A stretch of 64,000 nucleotides of DNA from Silicimonas sp. (lineage in GTDB: Bacteria > Pseudomonadota > Alphaproteobacteria > Rhodobacterales > Rhodobacteraceae): the NCBI GenBank assembly GCA_050299835.1, contig JBNKWP010000016.1, positions 7,885 through 71,884 on the forward strand, given 5' to 3'. The translations under genes and the position numbers were made by a program. This document shows, piece after piece, positions 39,346 to 48,426 of this stretch; the stretch's first letter is position 1, and each line of letters opens with the position of its first letter. The notes under the pieces were generated by a model, which saw only the letters and a program-made list of their open reading frames with translations, was not told where the DNA came from and did no database searches.

Positions 39346-40407
39346 ATGTCACGACCGAAACCCGCCACGTTGCCCCGATATAATCCCGCCGAGGATCGCT
39401 ATGACCGGATGAGCTACCGCCGCTGCGGAGCCTCCGGCCTCAAGCTACCAGCCATCAGCCTTGGACTTTGGCATAATTTCGGGGGCGACACGCCGCACGA
39501 GTTGAAACGCGCGCTGTGCCGCACGGCGTTCGACAACGGGATCACACATTTCGATCTGGCGAACAATTATGGCCCGCCGCCGGGCAGTGCCGAAGAGGCG
39601 TTCGGCCAAATTCTGAGAACGGACTTCGCAGGGCTTCGCGACGAGTTGGTCATTTCGTCCAAGGCCGGTTACGGCATGTGGCCGGGGCCGTATGGAGAGT
39701 GGGGCAGCCGCAAGTATCTGGTCTCATCCTGCGACCAGTCGCTGAAGCGGATGGGGCTCGACTATGTCGATATCTTCTATTCCCACAGGTTCGATCCCGA
39801 TACGCCGCTTGAAGAAACGATGGGGGCCCTCGACCATATCGTCCGGTCGGGGCGCGCACTCTATGCCGGGATTTCCAGCTATAACAGCCAGCGCACGCGT
39901 GAAGCGGTAGCGATTCTCAAAGACTTGGGCACGCCCTGCCTGATCCATCAGCCAAGCTATAATATCCTGAACCGCTGGGTCGAGCGCGACGGATTGCTGG
40001 ACACGCTGGATGAACTGGGCGTGGGATCCATTGCATTCACCCCGCTTGCACAGGGTATGCTGACCGCGAAGTACCTTGGCGGAGTGCCGGAGGGCAGCCG
40101 AGCCACGCAAGGCAAGTCGCTGCAACCCGAACTGCTGTCCGACGAGGTGATCGAAAGGCTCAAGGCCCTGAACGCCATTGCAGAGGCACGGGGCCAGACA
40201 CTGGCGCAAATGGCGCTGGCCTGGGTGTTGCGCGGTGGCCGGGTGACGACCGCTCTGATCGGAGCGTCGAAGACCAGCCAGATCGAGGATTGCGTGGGCG
40301 CGCTGGATGCGCCGGAATTTAGCGACGCGGAACTGGCAGCGATCGAGGAGCATTCGCTGGAGGGCAACCTCATCAATCTCTGGGCCAAATCCTCCGAAGA
40401 AGCCTGA
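39346..40407 (+). CDS. aldo/keto reductase (L-glyceraldehyde-3-phosphate reductase YghZ-like)
   Basis: AKR blocks LPAISLGLWHNFG, FDLANNYG, DIFYSHRFD and SSYN. ATG at 39346 within ORF 39226. Confidence 0.85.
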   Translation: MSRPKPATLPRYNPAEDRYDRMSYRRCGASGLKLPAISLGLWHNFGGDTPHELKRALCRTAFDNGITHFDLANNYGPPPGSAEEAFGQILRTDFAGLRDELVISSKAGYGMWPGPYGEWGSRKYLVSSCDQSLKRMGLDYVDIFYSHRFDPDTPLEETMGALDHIVRSGRALYAGISSYNSQRTREAVAILKDLGTPCLIHQPSYNILNRWVERDGLLDTLDELGVGSIAFTPLAQGMLTAKYLGGVPEGSRATQGKSLQPELLSDEVIERLKALNAIAEARGQTLAQMALAWVLRGGRVTTALIGASKTSQIEDCVGALDAPEFSDAELAAIEEHSLEGNLINLWAKSSEEA

Positions 40408-40436
40408 ACGCAGGATCGGCGCGGCGCGAAGACGAA

Positions 40437-40766
40437 CTAGCCCAGCAGAACCGGTTTCCCATGTGGGGTGCGGCGGTAGGCGTCCATCCAGTCGGTCTTT
40501 CTGCGGTCCCTCTCTTCCGCCGCGATCCCTGCCTTTTCCGAGAGAGCTTCCAGGGCACTCAGCACGGCAAGAAAATAGGTCTCATTCGTGTCAGGGAGGC
40601 CCTGAGCCTCAGCCGCCTGCAATGCCGTGCCAAGTGCTTCGGCCCATTCCGTCTGCGTGAAATGCCCTTCCCGAATCATGGTCGTCGCCATCGCAAGGGA
40701 TGTGGCTTGCCAGGGTTCGTCGAAATGACCGCGCGGCGCGGCGAGCGGGTCTTCAGGCGCGAACAA
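40437..40766 (-). CDS. nitrile hydratase accessory protein (activator)
   Basis: C-terminal sequence FDEPWQATSLAMATTMIREGHFTQTEWAEALG... resembles NHase accessory proteins (beta-subunit-like). Sits immediately downstream of nthB. The TTG start at 40766 is tentative. Confidence 0.65.
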   Translation of the reverse strand: MFAPEDPLAAPRGHFDEPWQATSLAMATTMIREGHFTQTEWAEALGTALQAAEAQGLPDTNETYFLAVLSALEALSEKAGIAAEERDRRKTDWMDAYRRTPHGKPVLLG

Positions 40767-41397
40767 GGTAGGGCTCCCAAAGGTCGAGGCAGATCGTGTC
40801 CGGGTTGTCTTTGCCCCAGAGTTCCGCTGCCGTGAATTCCACCGTGTAGAGATGCTCGCCGATATGTTCGCCCTTGGCGCCCGCATCGGCAAAAAGGTGA
40901 CCGCCATGATGGGCGATTACCGTGCCAACATGGCCACGCGCATAGGCCGGCAGGCGCGTGTGGCCCTCAACCGGCGTATTCAATGTTCGGACCCTGTCGC
41001 CGGGCGAGAAGGAGGGTGGCGCGTCCATTTGGACGCGGAAATCACGATTGAGGGTACGGGCCCGTGCGAGTGCACCGTCGAGGTCGAGACCTTCTGGCGG
41101 GGGCTGGCGTGTCTCGGGCTTGGCGTTGATCACTTCATCGACCGTCACGACATGCTGATCGATCATCTGTGCACAGTCATTCAGCGCCCATTTCACGAAA
41201 TACGGAACGGAGATGTATGTCGCCGGGTCCATCTGCTCGATACCATGCCGCCACCAGTCGATTGTCCCGCCACGCGACGGCAGGTTCTGCGACAAGGCCC
41301 ACTGCCTGCGTTCCCAGTCCTCACGAAAGGGTGGGGCATCGACATCGACAGGGCCGAAACCATCCTTGCCGCCAAGATCGTGCGGTCCGTCCATCAC
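40753..41397 (-). CDS. nthB: nitrile hydratase beta subunit
   Basis: N-terminus MDGPHDLGG and C-terminal SH3-like region. 4-nt overlap with nthA. Confidence 0.9.
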   Translation of the reverse strand: MMDGPHDLGGKDGFGPVDVDAPPFREDWERRQWALSQNLPSRGGTIDWWRHGIEQMDPATYISVPYFVKWALNDCAQMIDQHVVTVDEVINAKPETRQPPPEGLDLDGALARARTLNRDFRVQMDAPPSFSPGDRVRTLNTPVEGHTRLPAYARGHVGTVIAHHGGHLFADAGAKGEHIGEHLYTVEFTAAELWGKDNPDTICLDLWEPYLVRA

Positions 41398-42029
41398 GCC
41401 ACCTTCAGGTCACGGTCGGTGCCGATCATCGAGTTGCGGGTGACCAGCCCCGCCAGTCTGTCCTCATCCCACCCCTCGGTGCCGGCCGGGCGCTCGGGAA
41501 CAACGAGGTAGCGCAGTTCGGCGGTGCTGTCCCAGACGCGGATTTTCACGTTTTCTGATAGTGTGACCCCGAATTCCTCCAGCACCGCGCGCGGCTCCCT
41601 GACGGCGCGGGCGCGGTGGGCGGCGGAGCGATACCAGATCGGCGACATGCCAAGGACCGCGAAAGGGTAGCAGGAACACAGCGTACAGACGACGAGGTTA
41701 TGCGTGTCCGCCGTGTTCTCCACCGCCTTGAGATGTTCGGTCGCGTGGCCTTCGAAGCCGAATTCCTTGATCGCCTGCCCGGCATCGGCCAGAAGGCGTT
41801 CGCGAAACTCGGGATCGGTCCAGCTTCGGGCAACGACCTGTGCACCGCGCTTCGGTCCAATCTTCTCGGAGAACATCTCAACCCAGCTATCCAGCGTCTC
41901 CTGAGCCACCAGGCCTTTTTCGACCGCGAGGCTTTCCAGCGCTTTCACGCGTAGCGCCGGATCGGACGGCATGTGCGCGTGCAGGTGGCGGTGAAGCTCG
42001 CTGATTTTCTTGGAGTCGTAGCTGGCCAT
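41394..42029 (-). CDS. nthA: nitrile hydratase alpha subunit, cobalt type
   Basis: Metal-site motif VCTLCSCYP; Thr in the third position is the Co-type signature (Fe type has Ser). Start MASYDSKK at 42029. Confidence 0.9.
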   Translation of the reverse strand: MASYDSKKISELHRHLHAHMPSDPALRVKALESLAVEKGLVAQETLDSWVEMFSEKIGPKRGAQVVARSWTDPEFRERLLADAGQAIKEFGFEGHATEHLKAVENTADTHNLVVCTLCSCYPFAVLGMSPIWYRSAAHRARAVREPRAVLEEFGVTLSENVKIRVWDSTAELRYLVVPERPAGTEGWDEDRLAGLVTRNSMIGTDRDLKVA

Positions 42030-42096
42030 GTCTCGACTGTGAAACGCGGATTCCTGACTGTCAAACGCGAAGCTGTGATACCATCCATCACCGGAG

Positions 42097-42510
42097 GTGA
42101 GGGACAGGTCTGAAGTCAGCTTGCTGGTCGGAACAACCAATGGCGCGATTCCGATCCGGAGCAAATCCCGGCGTGACTGGGAAGTGAAAGGACCGTTTTG
42201 TGATCTCTGGCCGATCAATCACATGGCAGGTGACGGCGATCTGATCTGGGCCGCAGGCGGCAACGACTGGAACGGGGCCGGGGTCTGGCGATCTACCAAT
42301 GGCGGGAAGAGCTGGGACCTGTCTCGGTTCGCGCGTGGGCAGATCGAGGGGTTGCTTTCCGCGCAACCCGAAATTGCCAAGACGTTTGGCTGGGAGCCTT
42401 CACCGCCCGCGCCGGCTCGGTTTTCGCCAGTCTGGGCGAGGGCGAAAGCTGGGAAGAGATCGTGCGCCACCTGCCAACAGTCCTGTCGGTGGAAGCGGTG
42501 GCGCAGTGAT
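42097..42510 (+). pseudogene. remnant of a BNR/sialidase-like (WD40/YVTN-type beta-propeller) protein, truncated and frameshifted
   Basis: The N-terminus LLVGTTNGAIPIRSKSRRDWEVKGP and the motif VWRSTNGGKSWDL resemble this family. A different frame near 42422..42508 reads FASLGEGESWEEIVRHLPTVLSVEAVAQ-stop, a typical C-terminus. The total is far shorter than intact members. Confidence 0.45.
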
Positions 42511-42513
42511 CTT

Positions 42514-45021
42514 CTAGCCGTCCTTGCGGATCGTCTCGTTCTTCGGATCGTAGGGGCTGTCCTCCGCCACCTCGGCATCCCAAAGCTTGTCGAGCATTTT
42601 CACCTTCAGCTTGGTCCCCGGCGCGGCATGGTCCGGTTTGACGTAACCCATGCCGATGGATTTGCCGAAATGTGCCGACCATCCGCCGGAGGTCAGGCGT
42701 CCGGTACGGGTGCCGTCAGGCGTGTAGAGCGCCTCGCGCCCCCACGGGTCCGCATCTTCGGGTCCGTCGATCAGCAATGTCACGCATTTCGCGCGAATGC
42801 CGGTTTCGATCATCCGGTCCTTGCCGAAGAAGTCCTTGTCGAGATCCACGAACCTGTCGAGCCCGGCCTCAAGTGGAGTGGCGTCGCGACCAAGCTCGGT
42901 GCCGAAGGCGCGGTAGGATTTCTCCTGGCGAAGCCAGTTCTGGGCGCGGGCTCCGACGAGCTTCATGCCGTGCTTTTCACCTGCTGCGACCAACTGGTCC
43001 CAGAGATAGTTCTGCATCTCGATCGGGTGGTGCAGTTCCCAGCCGAGTTCGCCCGTGTAGGCGACGCGAATTGCCATGGTCGGGCACATGCCAAGTTCGA
43101 TATTGCGCATCGACAGCCACGGGAAGCGTTTGTTCGACAGGACGGTCTCGGGGTTCGCATCCTTGACGATCTCGTTCAGGACGTCGCGCGATTTCGGGCC
43201 AGCAATGGCGAAGACGCCCCATTGCGTCGTGACATCGTGGATATCGATATAGCCGCCGCCCCCTGCCATGAAGTCTTCCGCGGATTTCTTCAGGTAATCT
43301 GCGTCATAGGCTGTCCAGGCTCCGGCGGAGACGAGGTAATAGTCGTTCTCCCCACGCCGCACGATCGTATATTCGGTGCGGGTCGTGCCGGCGTTGGTCA
43401 GCGCATAGGTCAGGTTGATCCGTCCGACATTCGGCAGCTTGTTGCAGGTGAACCAGTCGAGAAATGCCGTTGCCCCCGGTCCGCGAACCACATGCTTGGT
43501 GAACGCACTTGCATCGATCAGCCCAACGCCTTCGCGGATCGCCTTCGCCTCTTCCGCCGCATATTGCCACCACTCGCCGCGCCGGAAGCTGCGGGCATCG
43601 TGATCGAAGCTGTCGGGCGCGTCCTTGGGACCATAATAGTTCGGACGTTCAAAGCCGTTGACGCAACCGAACTGCGCTCCGAGAGCCTTCTGCCGGTCAT
43701 AGGCGGGTGCGGTGCGCAACGGGCGGCAGGCTTCGCGTTCCTCGTCCGGGTGGTGCAGGATGTAGACGTGGGAGTAGCATTCCTCGTTCTTGCGCGCGGC
43801 ATATTCGGTCGTCACCCAGTCGCCGTAGCGCTTGGGGTCGAGGGAGGCCATGTCGATCTCGGCCTCGCCGTCGACCATCATCTGGGCGAGGTAATAGCCC
43901 GTGCCGCCAGCGGCTGTGATCCCGAATGAGAACCCTTCGGCCAGCCACATGTTGCGCAGGCCCGGTGCAGGGCCAACCAGCGGGTTGCCGTCGGGCGTGT
44001 AGCAGATCGGGCCGTTAAAGTCGTCCTTCAGGCCGGATTCGGCACAGGAGGGCACGCGCTCGGCCATCGCCATATACTGTTCCGCGATCCGGTCGAGATC
44101 GAGCGGGAACAGGTCGGCGCGGAAGCTGTCGGGCACGCCGTACTCGAAGCGGGCAGGTGCGCCTTGCTCATAGATGCCCAGGATCCAGCCGCCGCGCTCT
44201 TCGCGGGCATAGGATTCGTTGTCGGCGTCACGCACAACCGGATGCTCCGGGTTGCCCGCTTCACGCCATTTGACCAGCTCGGGATCCTTGTCCATCACGA
44301 TGAAGGTGTGCTCGACCGGAATCGCGGGCATCTTGATGCCCAGCATCTTGGCCGTGCGCTGCGCGTGGTTGCCCGAAGCGGTGACAACATGCTCGGCAGT
44401 GATCACCACCTGTTCGTCGGACGGCACCAGGTTGCCGCCTTTTTCGACCATCTTTGTGCAGGTCACCTCCCAGGCCTCGCCGTTCCAGTGGAACCCATCC
44501 GCCTGCCATTTGCGCTCGATCATCACGCCGCGCTGACGCGCGCCCTTGGCCATAGCCTGGGTCACGTCCGCCGGGTTAATATAGCCGTCCTCGGTGTGAT
44601 AGATCGCACCCTTCAGATCCGAGGTCTCGATCAGCGGCCAGCGCTCCTTGATCTGATCTGGGGTCAGCCATTCGTATTTGACATCGCAGGTCTCGGCGGT
44701 CGAGGCATAGAGCATGTACTCGTCCATCCGCTCTTGCGTCTGGGCCATGCGCAGGTTGCCGACCACGGCGAAACCGGCGTTCAGGCCGGTTTCCTCTTCC
44801 AGTTTCTTGTAGAAATCCACCGAGTATTTGTGGATGTGGGTCGTGGCGTAGCTCATGTTGAACAGCGGCAGAAGACCAGCGGCGTGCCATGTGGAGCCGG
44901 AGGTCAGTTCGTCGCGTTCCAGCAGCATCACGTCCGACCAGCCGGCCTTGGCCAGATGATAGGCGATGGACGTGCCCACCGCGCCGCCGCCGACGACCAG
45001 AGCTTTGACTTGGGTTTTCAT
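42514..45021 (-). CDS. FAD-dependent dimethylglycine/sarcosine dehydrogenase family protein with GcvT-like folate-binding domain
   Basis: 835 aa. N-terminal DAO domain (VVGGGAVGTSIAYHLA, STWHAAGL) and a C-terminal aminomethyltransferase-like domain. Confidence 0.85.
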   Translation of the reverse strand: MKTQVKALVVGGGAVGTSIAYHLAKAGWSDVMLLERDELTSGSTWHAAGLLPLFNMSYATTHIHKYSVDFYKKLEEETGLNAGFAVVGNLRMAQTQERMDEYMLYASTAETCDVKYEWLTPDQIKERWPLIETSDLKGAIYHTEDGYINPADVTQAMAKGARQRGVMIERKWQADGFHWNGEAWEVTCTKMVEKGGNLVPSDEQVVITAEHVVTASGNHAQRTAKMLGIKMPAIPVEHTFIVMDKDPELVKWREAGNPEHPVVRDADNESYAREERGGWILGIYEQGAPARFEYGVPDSFRADLFPLDLDRIAEQYMAMAERVPSCAESGLKDDFNGPICYTPDGNPLVGPAPGLRNMWLAEGFSFGITAAGGTGYYLAQMMVDGEAEIDMASLDPKRYGDWVTTEYAARKNEECYSHVYILHHPDEEREACRPLRTAPAYDRQKALGAQFGCVNGFERPNYYGPKDAPDSFDHDARSFRRGEWWQYAAEEAKAIREGVGLIDASAFTKHVVRGPGATAFLDWFTCNKLPNVGRINLTYALTNAGTTRTEYTIVRRGENDYYLVSAGAWTAYDADYLKKSAEDFMAGGGGYIDIHDVTTQWGVFAIAGPKSRDVLNEIVKDANPETVLSNKRFPWLSMRNIELGMCPTMAIRVAYTGELGWELHHPIEMQNYLWDQLVAAGEKHGMKLVGARAQNWLRQEKSYRAFGTELGRDATPLEAGLDRFVDLDKDFFGKDRMIETGIRAKCVTLLIDGPEDADPWGREALYTPDGTRTGRLTSGGWSAHFGKSIGMGYVKPDHAAPGTKLKVKMLDKLWDAEVAEDSPYDPKNETIRKDG

Positions 45022-45293
45022 CCGCGAACCTCCTGACCAGACAGACCGGTCTTTAGCCTATTCTGTGCAGGATTGAATGGTCCAGCCGACAAGATGCGGT
45101 TCGAATGCGACGTGGTTTGCAGGCAAGAAATGCGCTTTGCTTCGAAAATCGCGACGGGCGAAAGGGGCGTTGCCCGCTCGCGCTTCCCCAGGACATTTCC
45201 GGGTCGATCGAAGCCAGCATGAATTGGGCTTTGGCAAAGGAGGACACAACAGCCTTCTTGTATGCGTCTCTCCGGACCGCTAGCACTTGGCGC

Positions 45294-46139
45294 ATGGAGA
45301 TTTGTCCCAGTGTCGAGCAGATACGCGCCGCAGTCGCGGGATTTCGGGCGGCGGGCGAAAGCGTCGGGCTTGTCACGACTATGGGCGCTTTGCATGAGGG
45401 ACATCTGACGCTGATGCAGCGGGCGAAAGAGGCCCATGACCGCGTGTTGGCGACGATCTTCGTGAACCCGACGCAATTCGGAGAAGTCGCCGATCTGGCC
45501 CATTACCCGTCGGACGACGAACGCGACATCGACCTTTTGAAGGGCGTTGGCGTTGATGCGTTATTCCTGCCAACGGTGGAAACGATCTATCCGCCGGGTG
45601 ACGAAACCATCGTGGAGACAACTCGGCTGGCCAATATGCTCCACGGCAAGGTGCGCCCCGGACATTTCCGTGGTGTCACGACGGTCGTGGCTCGGCTATT
45701 CAACATCTGTCTGCCGGATGCGGCTTATTTCGGTGAAAAGGACTATCAGCAGTTGCAGGTGATCCGGCGCATGGTGCGCGACCTGCATTTTCCGCTGAAG
45801 ATCGTCGGCGTGCCGACCGTGCGGGAGCCGGACGGGCTTGCCATGTCGTCGCGCAATGTGCGGCTGACACCCGAAGACCGAGCGGCGGCGGTTGTCCTCA
45901 GCCAAAGCCTGAACGAGGCGGAAGTTCTCGTTGCAAGTGGCACGACAGTTGAGAAGCTCGGCGATGCGATCCGGTCGCGAATCAAGAATGAGCCACGCGC
46001 CATCCTGCGAGCTGTCGATATCGTTACCGCCGAAAGTCTGGAGCCGATCTCCGGGCCCGTGACCGAAAAGATTGCCATCATGCTCTCCGCCGAATTCGGC
46101 GGTGTGCTGCTGATCGACCAGAGGGAGATGAACCCATGA
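45294..46139 (+). CDS. panC: pantoate--beta-alanine ligase
   Basis: Blocks [13 protein letters not shown] and [10 protein letters not shown], the PanC HIGH-type motifs. ATG at 45294. Confidence 0.9.
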   Translation: MEICPSVEQIRAAVAGFRAAGESVGLVTTMGALHEGHLTLMQRAKEAHDRVLATIFVNPTQFGEVADLAHYPSDDERDIDLLKGVGVDALFLPTVETIYPPGDETIVETTRLANMLHGKVRPGHFRGVTTVVARLFNICLPDAAYFGEKDYQQLQVIRRMVRDLHFPLKIVGVPTVREPDGLAMSSRNVRLTPEDRAAAVVLSQSLNEAEVLVASGTTVEKLGDAIRSRIKNEPRAILRAVDIVTAESLEPISGPVTEKIAIMLSAEFGGVLLIDQREMNP

Positions 46140-46948
46140 GTTCGCAAACCGAGAGAGTTCGCCGGCTGACAGTGCCGCAACTGGCCGCGCGGAAAGGCGG
46201 CGAGCCGATCGTGTCTCTGACCTCCTATCACGCGCATACGGCGGCCATCGTGGATAAATACGCGGATTTTATCCTTGTCGGCGACAGCCTCGGCATGGTG
46301 ATGCACGGGATGGAAACCACGGTCGGTGTGCCGCTGGACCTGATGATCATGCATGGCAAGGCGGTCGTGCGCGGCACCAAACGGGCTTTGATCGTCGTCG
46401 ATATGCCCTTCGGGACCTACGAGGAAAGCCCGAATGTGGCATTTCGCAACGCTGCCAAGATCCTGAAGGAGACCGGCTGTGGCGCGGTGAAACTGGAAGG
46501 CGGTGCCCGGATGGCGGAAACCATCCACTTCCTTGTGGAACGTGGCATCCCCGTCATGGCCCATACCGGGCTGACGCCGCAGTCGTCTCACGTCATGGGC
46601 GGGTTCAAGACGCAGGGCCGCGATGAGGATACCTGGGCCGCGCATGAAAACGACGCCAAAGCCGTTGCCGATGCGGGTGCTTTCGCAGTTGTACTGGAAG
46701 GGATGGTCGAGCCGCTGGCGGCGAAGATCACCAAGCTGATCGACATTCCGACCATTGGAATCGGTGCGTCGGTGGAGTGCGACGGTCAGATCCTTGTTCT
46801 GGAGGATATGCTCGGGCTCAATGAATGGACCCCGAAATTCGTCAAGGTGTACGGCCAACTCGGGCCGCAGATCGAGAAGGCTGTGAGCGAATATGCCGAA
46901 GAGGTGAAAACGCGGGCCTTTCCGACCGAAAAGGAGGTTTATCGGTAG
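46136..46948 (+). CDS. panB: 3-methyl-2-oxobutanoate hydroxymethyltransferase
   Basis: Blocks [15 protein letters not shown] and GHTGLTPQS. 4-nt overlap with panC. Confidence 0.95.
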   Translation: MSSQTERVRRLTVPQLAARKGGEPIVSLTSYHAHTAAIVDKYADFILVGDSLGMVMHGMETTVGVPLDLMIMHGKAVVRGTKRALIVVDMPFGTYEESPNVAFRNAAKILKETGCGAVKLEGGARMAETIHFLVERGIPVMAHTGLTPQSSHVMGGFKTQGRDEDTWAAHENDAKAVADAGAFAVVLEGMVEPLAAKITKLIDIPTIGIGASVECDGQILVLEDMLGLNEWTPKFVKVYGQLGPQIEKAVSEYAEEVKTRAFPTEKEVYR

Positions 46949-46969
46949 GAGACGCCTCGGGGACAGCCT

Positions 46970-48232
46970 GTGGAGGGCGACATGTACAAGGCCGGCGAAG
47001 AGGAAATCGAGGCGATTGCGCGGGTGATCCGCAGCGGTCGGCTGTTTCGTTACCACGACGCCAGCGAATGCGAACGATTCGAGGCGCGATACGCCAAGGC
47101 GCTGGGCGTGGCCCATTTCGATCTTTCGGCCAGTGGAACGCTGGCGCTGTCGGCCGGTTTGACCGGACTTGGAATCGGGCCCGGGGACGAGGTTCTGGTT
47201 CCCGCCCACACCTACATGGCAACTGCCACGGCAGTGCTTGCGGTCGGTGCGATCCCGGTCCTCGTCGAGATTGACGAGACCCTGACGATCTCGCCCGCCG
47301 CGTTGGACGCTGCCGTTGGCCCGGCAACGCGGGCGGTGATCCCCGTTCATATGTGGGGCACGGCGGCGGCGATGGATGAGATCATGGAGATCGCAGGGCG
47401 GCACGGGCTTTTTGTTCTCGAAGACGCCTGTCAGGGCGTCGGTGGCGGGTATCAAGGCCGGAAGATGGGCTCCATCGGTCATGCGGGCGCGTTTTCGTTC
47501 AACTACTTCAAGAACATGACCAGCGGCGAAGGCGGCGGGATCGCTACCGATGACGACCGGGTGGCTGAGCGTGCGCGCTGCGCCATCGACCCCTGCCATT
47601 TCTACTGGCAGGGGCAGGAGGAGGGGCTGAAGCCCTTTGCCGGGGCCGGGGCGCGGTCCTCGGAACTGATGGGGGCGATGCTGAATGTCCAGCTTGATCG
47701 GATCGACGGGATCATTTCGTCGATGCGGGACAATCGCTGCCGCTTGATCGACGCGACGCAAGGGGTGTCTAACCGTGGGCTGAGGCTCTCTCCCATGAAC
47801 AGCCCGGACCACGATTGCGCCGCCCAATTGATGTGGCTGTTGCCATCCGGCAGATCCGCAGATGTCTTCGCGGCGGCGACCGGCGGTGTTGTCGCGGGAA
47901 GGACCGGTCGGCACACGTTCACAAACTGGGATCAGGTTTTGACGCAGGAAGGGGCGCATCATGCCGCCCTGAACCCTTATGCCCTGCCGCAGAACTCCGT
48001 TCTTCGCCGTGCCATCCCGGATGGGTTCGGTCAGAGTTCGCTCGATATCCTGGGCCGCACGGTCATGATCCCGATGGATCCCGATCATGGGGAAGACGAC
48101 CTGGAAGCGCTGGCCCACAACATTCGGCTGGCCGCTACCGAACTCGATGATGGCACCCTTCGGTCCGGGCAATCCTATCGCGATCTGAAATCACCAGACC
48201 TTCAGAAATTTGACGCACAATCAGACGGTTGA
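46970..48232 (+). CDS. DegT/DnrJ/EryC1/StrS family PLP-dependent aminotransferase
   Basis: Blocks SGTLALSAGL and PAHTYMATATAV, and an FSFNYFKNMTSGEGG region (Lys-containing PLP site). The start could be ATG at 46982. Confidence 0.75.
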   Translation: MEGDMYKAGEEEIEAIARVIRSGRLFRYHDASECERFEARYAKALGVAHFDLSASGTLALSAGLTGLGIGPGDEVLVPAHTYMATATAVLAVGAIPVLVEIDETLTISPAALDAAVGPATRAVIPVHMWGTAAAMDEIMEIAGRHGLFVLEDACQGVGGGYQGRKMGSIGHAGAFSFNYFKNMTSGEGGGIATDDDRVAERARCAIDPCHFYWQGQEEGLKPFAGAGARSSELMGAMLNVQLDRIDGIISSMRDNRCRLIDATQGVSNRGLRLSPMNSPDHDCAAQLMWLLPSGRSADVFAAATGGVVAGRTGRHTFTNWDQVLTQEGAHHAALNPYALPQNSVLRRAIPDGFGQSSLDILGRTVMIPMDPDHGEDDLEALAHNIRLAATELDDGTLRSGQSYRDLKSPDLQKFDAQSDG

Positions 48233-48246
48233 GCGCCGCCGGATGC

Positions 48247-48345
48247 AAAAAAAAGGCCGTCTTAAGAAAGACGGCCTGTCCAGTCAGGGAGGAAGATGGA
48301 GGCACATGAAGTGCCTACAAGAGAAACAATGCCCCTGAAATCGGA
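48247..48345 (-). ncRNA. candidate small RNA (minus strand) with C/U-rich single-stranded stretch and intrinsic terminator
   Basis: On the minus strand: hairpin AGGCAC-UUCAU-GUGCCU (48300..48316), then CCAUCUUCCUCCCUGACUGGAC, then a 9-bp terminator stem GGCCGUCUU/AAGACGGCC (48255..48276) followed by U8 (48247..48254). The 5-prime end is not defined. Confidence 0.3.
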
Positions 48346-48426
48346 CCTATTTATGGCCGGTGCGGGGTCTTATCTGGGTGGAAGATGGTGAAAATCGGGC
48401 GATATACTCGTCTGGACGGAGGGAAA

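Noticed and set aside
42511-43929. Downstream part of the 610-aa + strand ORF 42097..43929
   Set aside because: From about 42514 it is antisense to the dimethylglycine-dehydrogenase-like gene. Only the first ~410 nt has independent (pseudogene-like) similarity.
45746-48172. 808-aa minus-strand ORF
   Set aside because: It spans three well-supported + strand genes (panC, panB, DegT-like) in antisense and has Arg/Pro/Gly-rich low-complexity composition.
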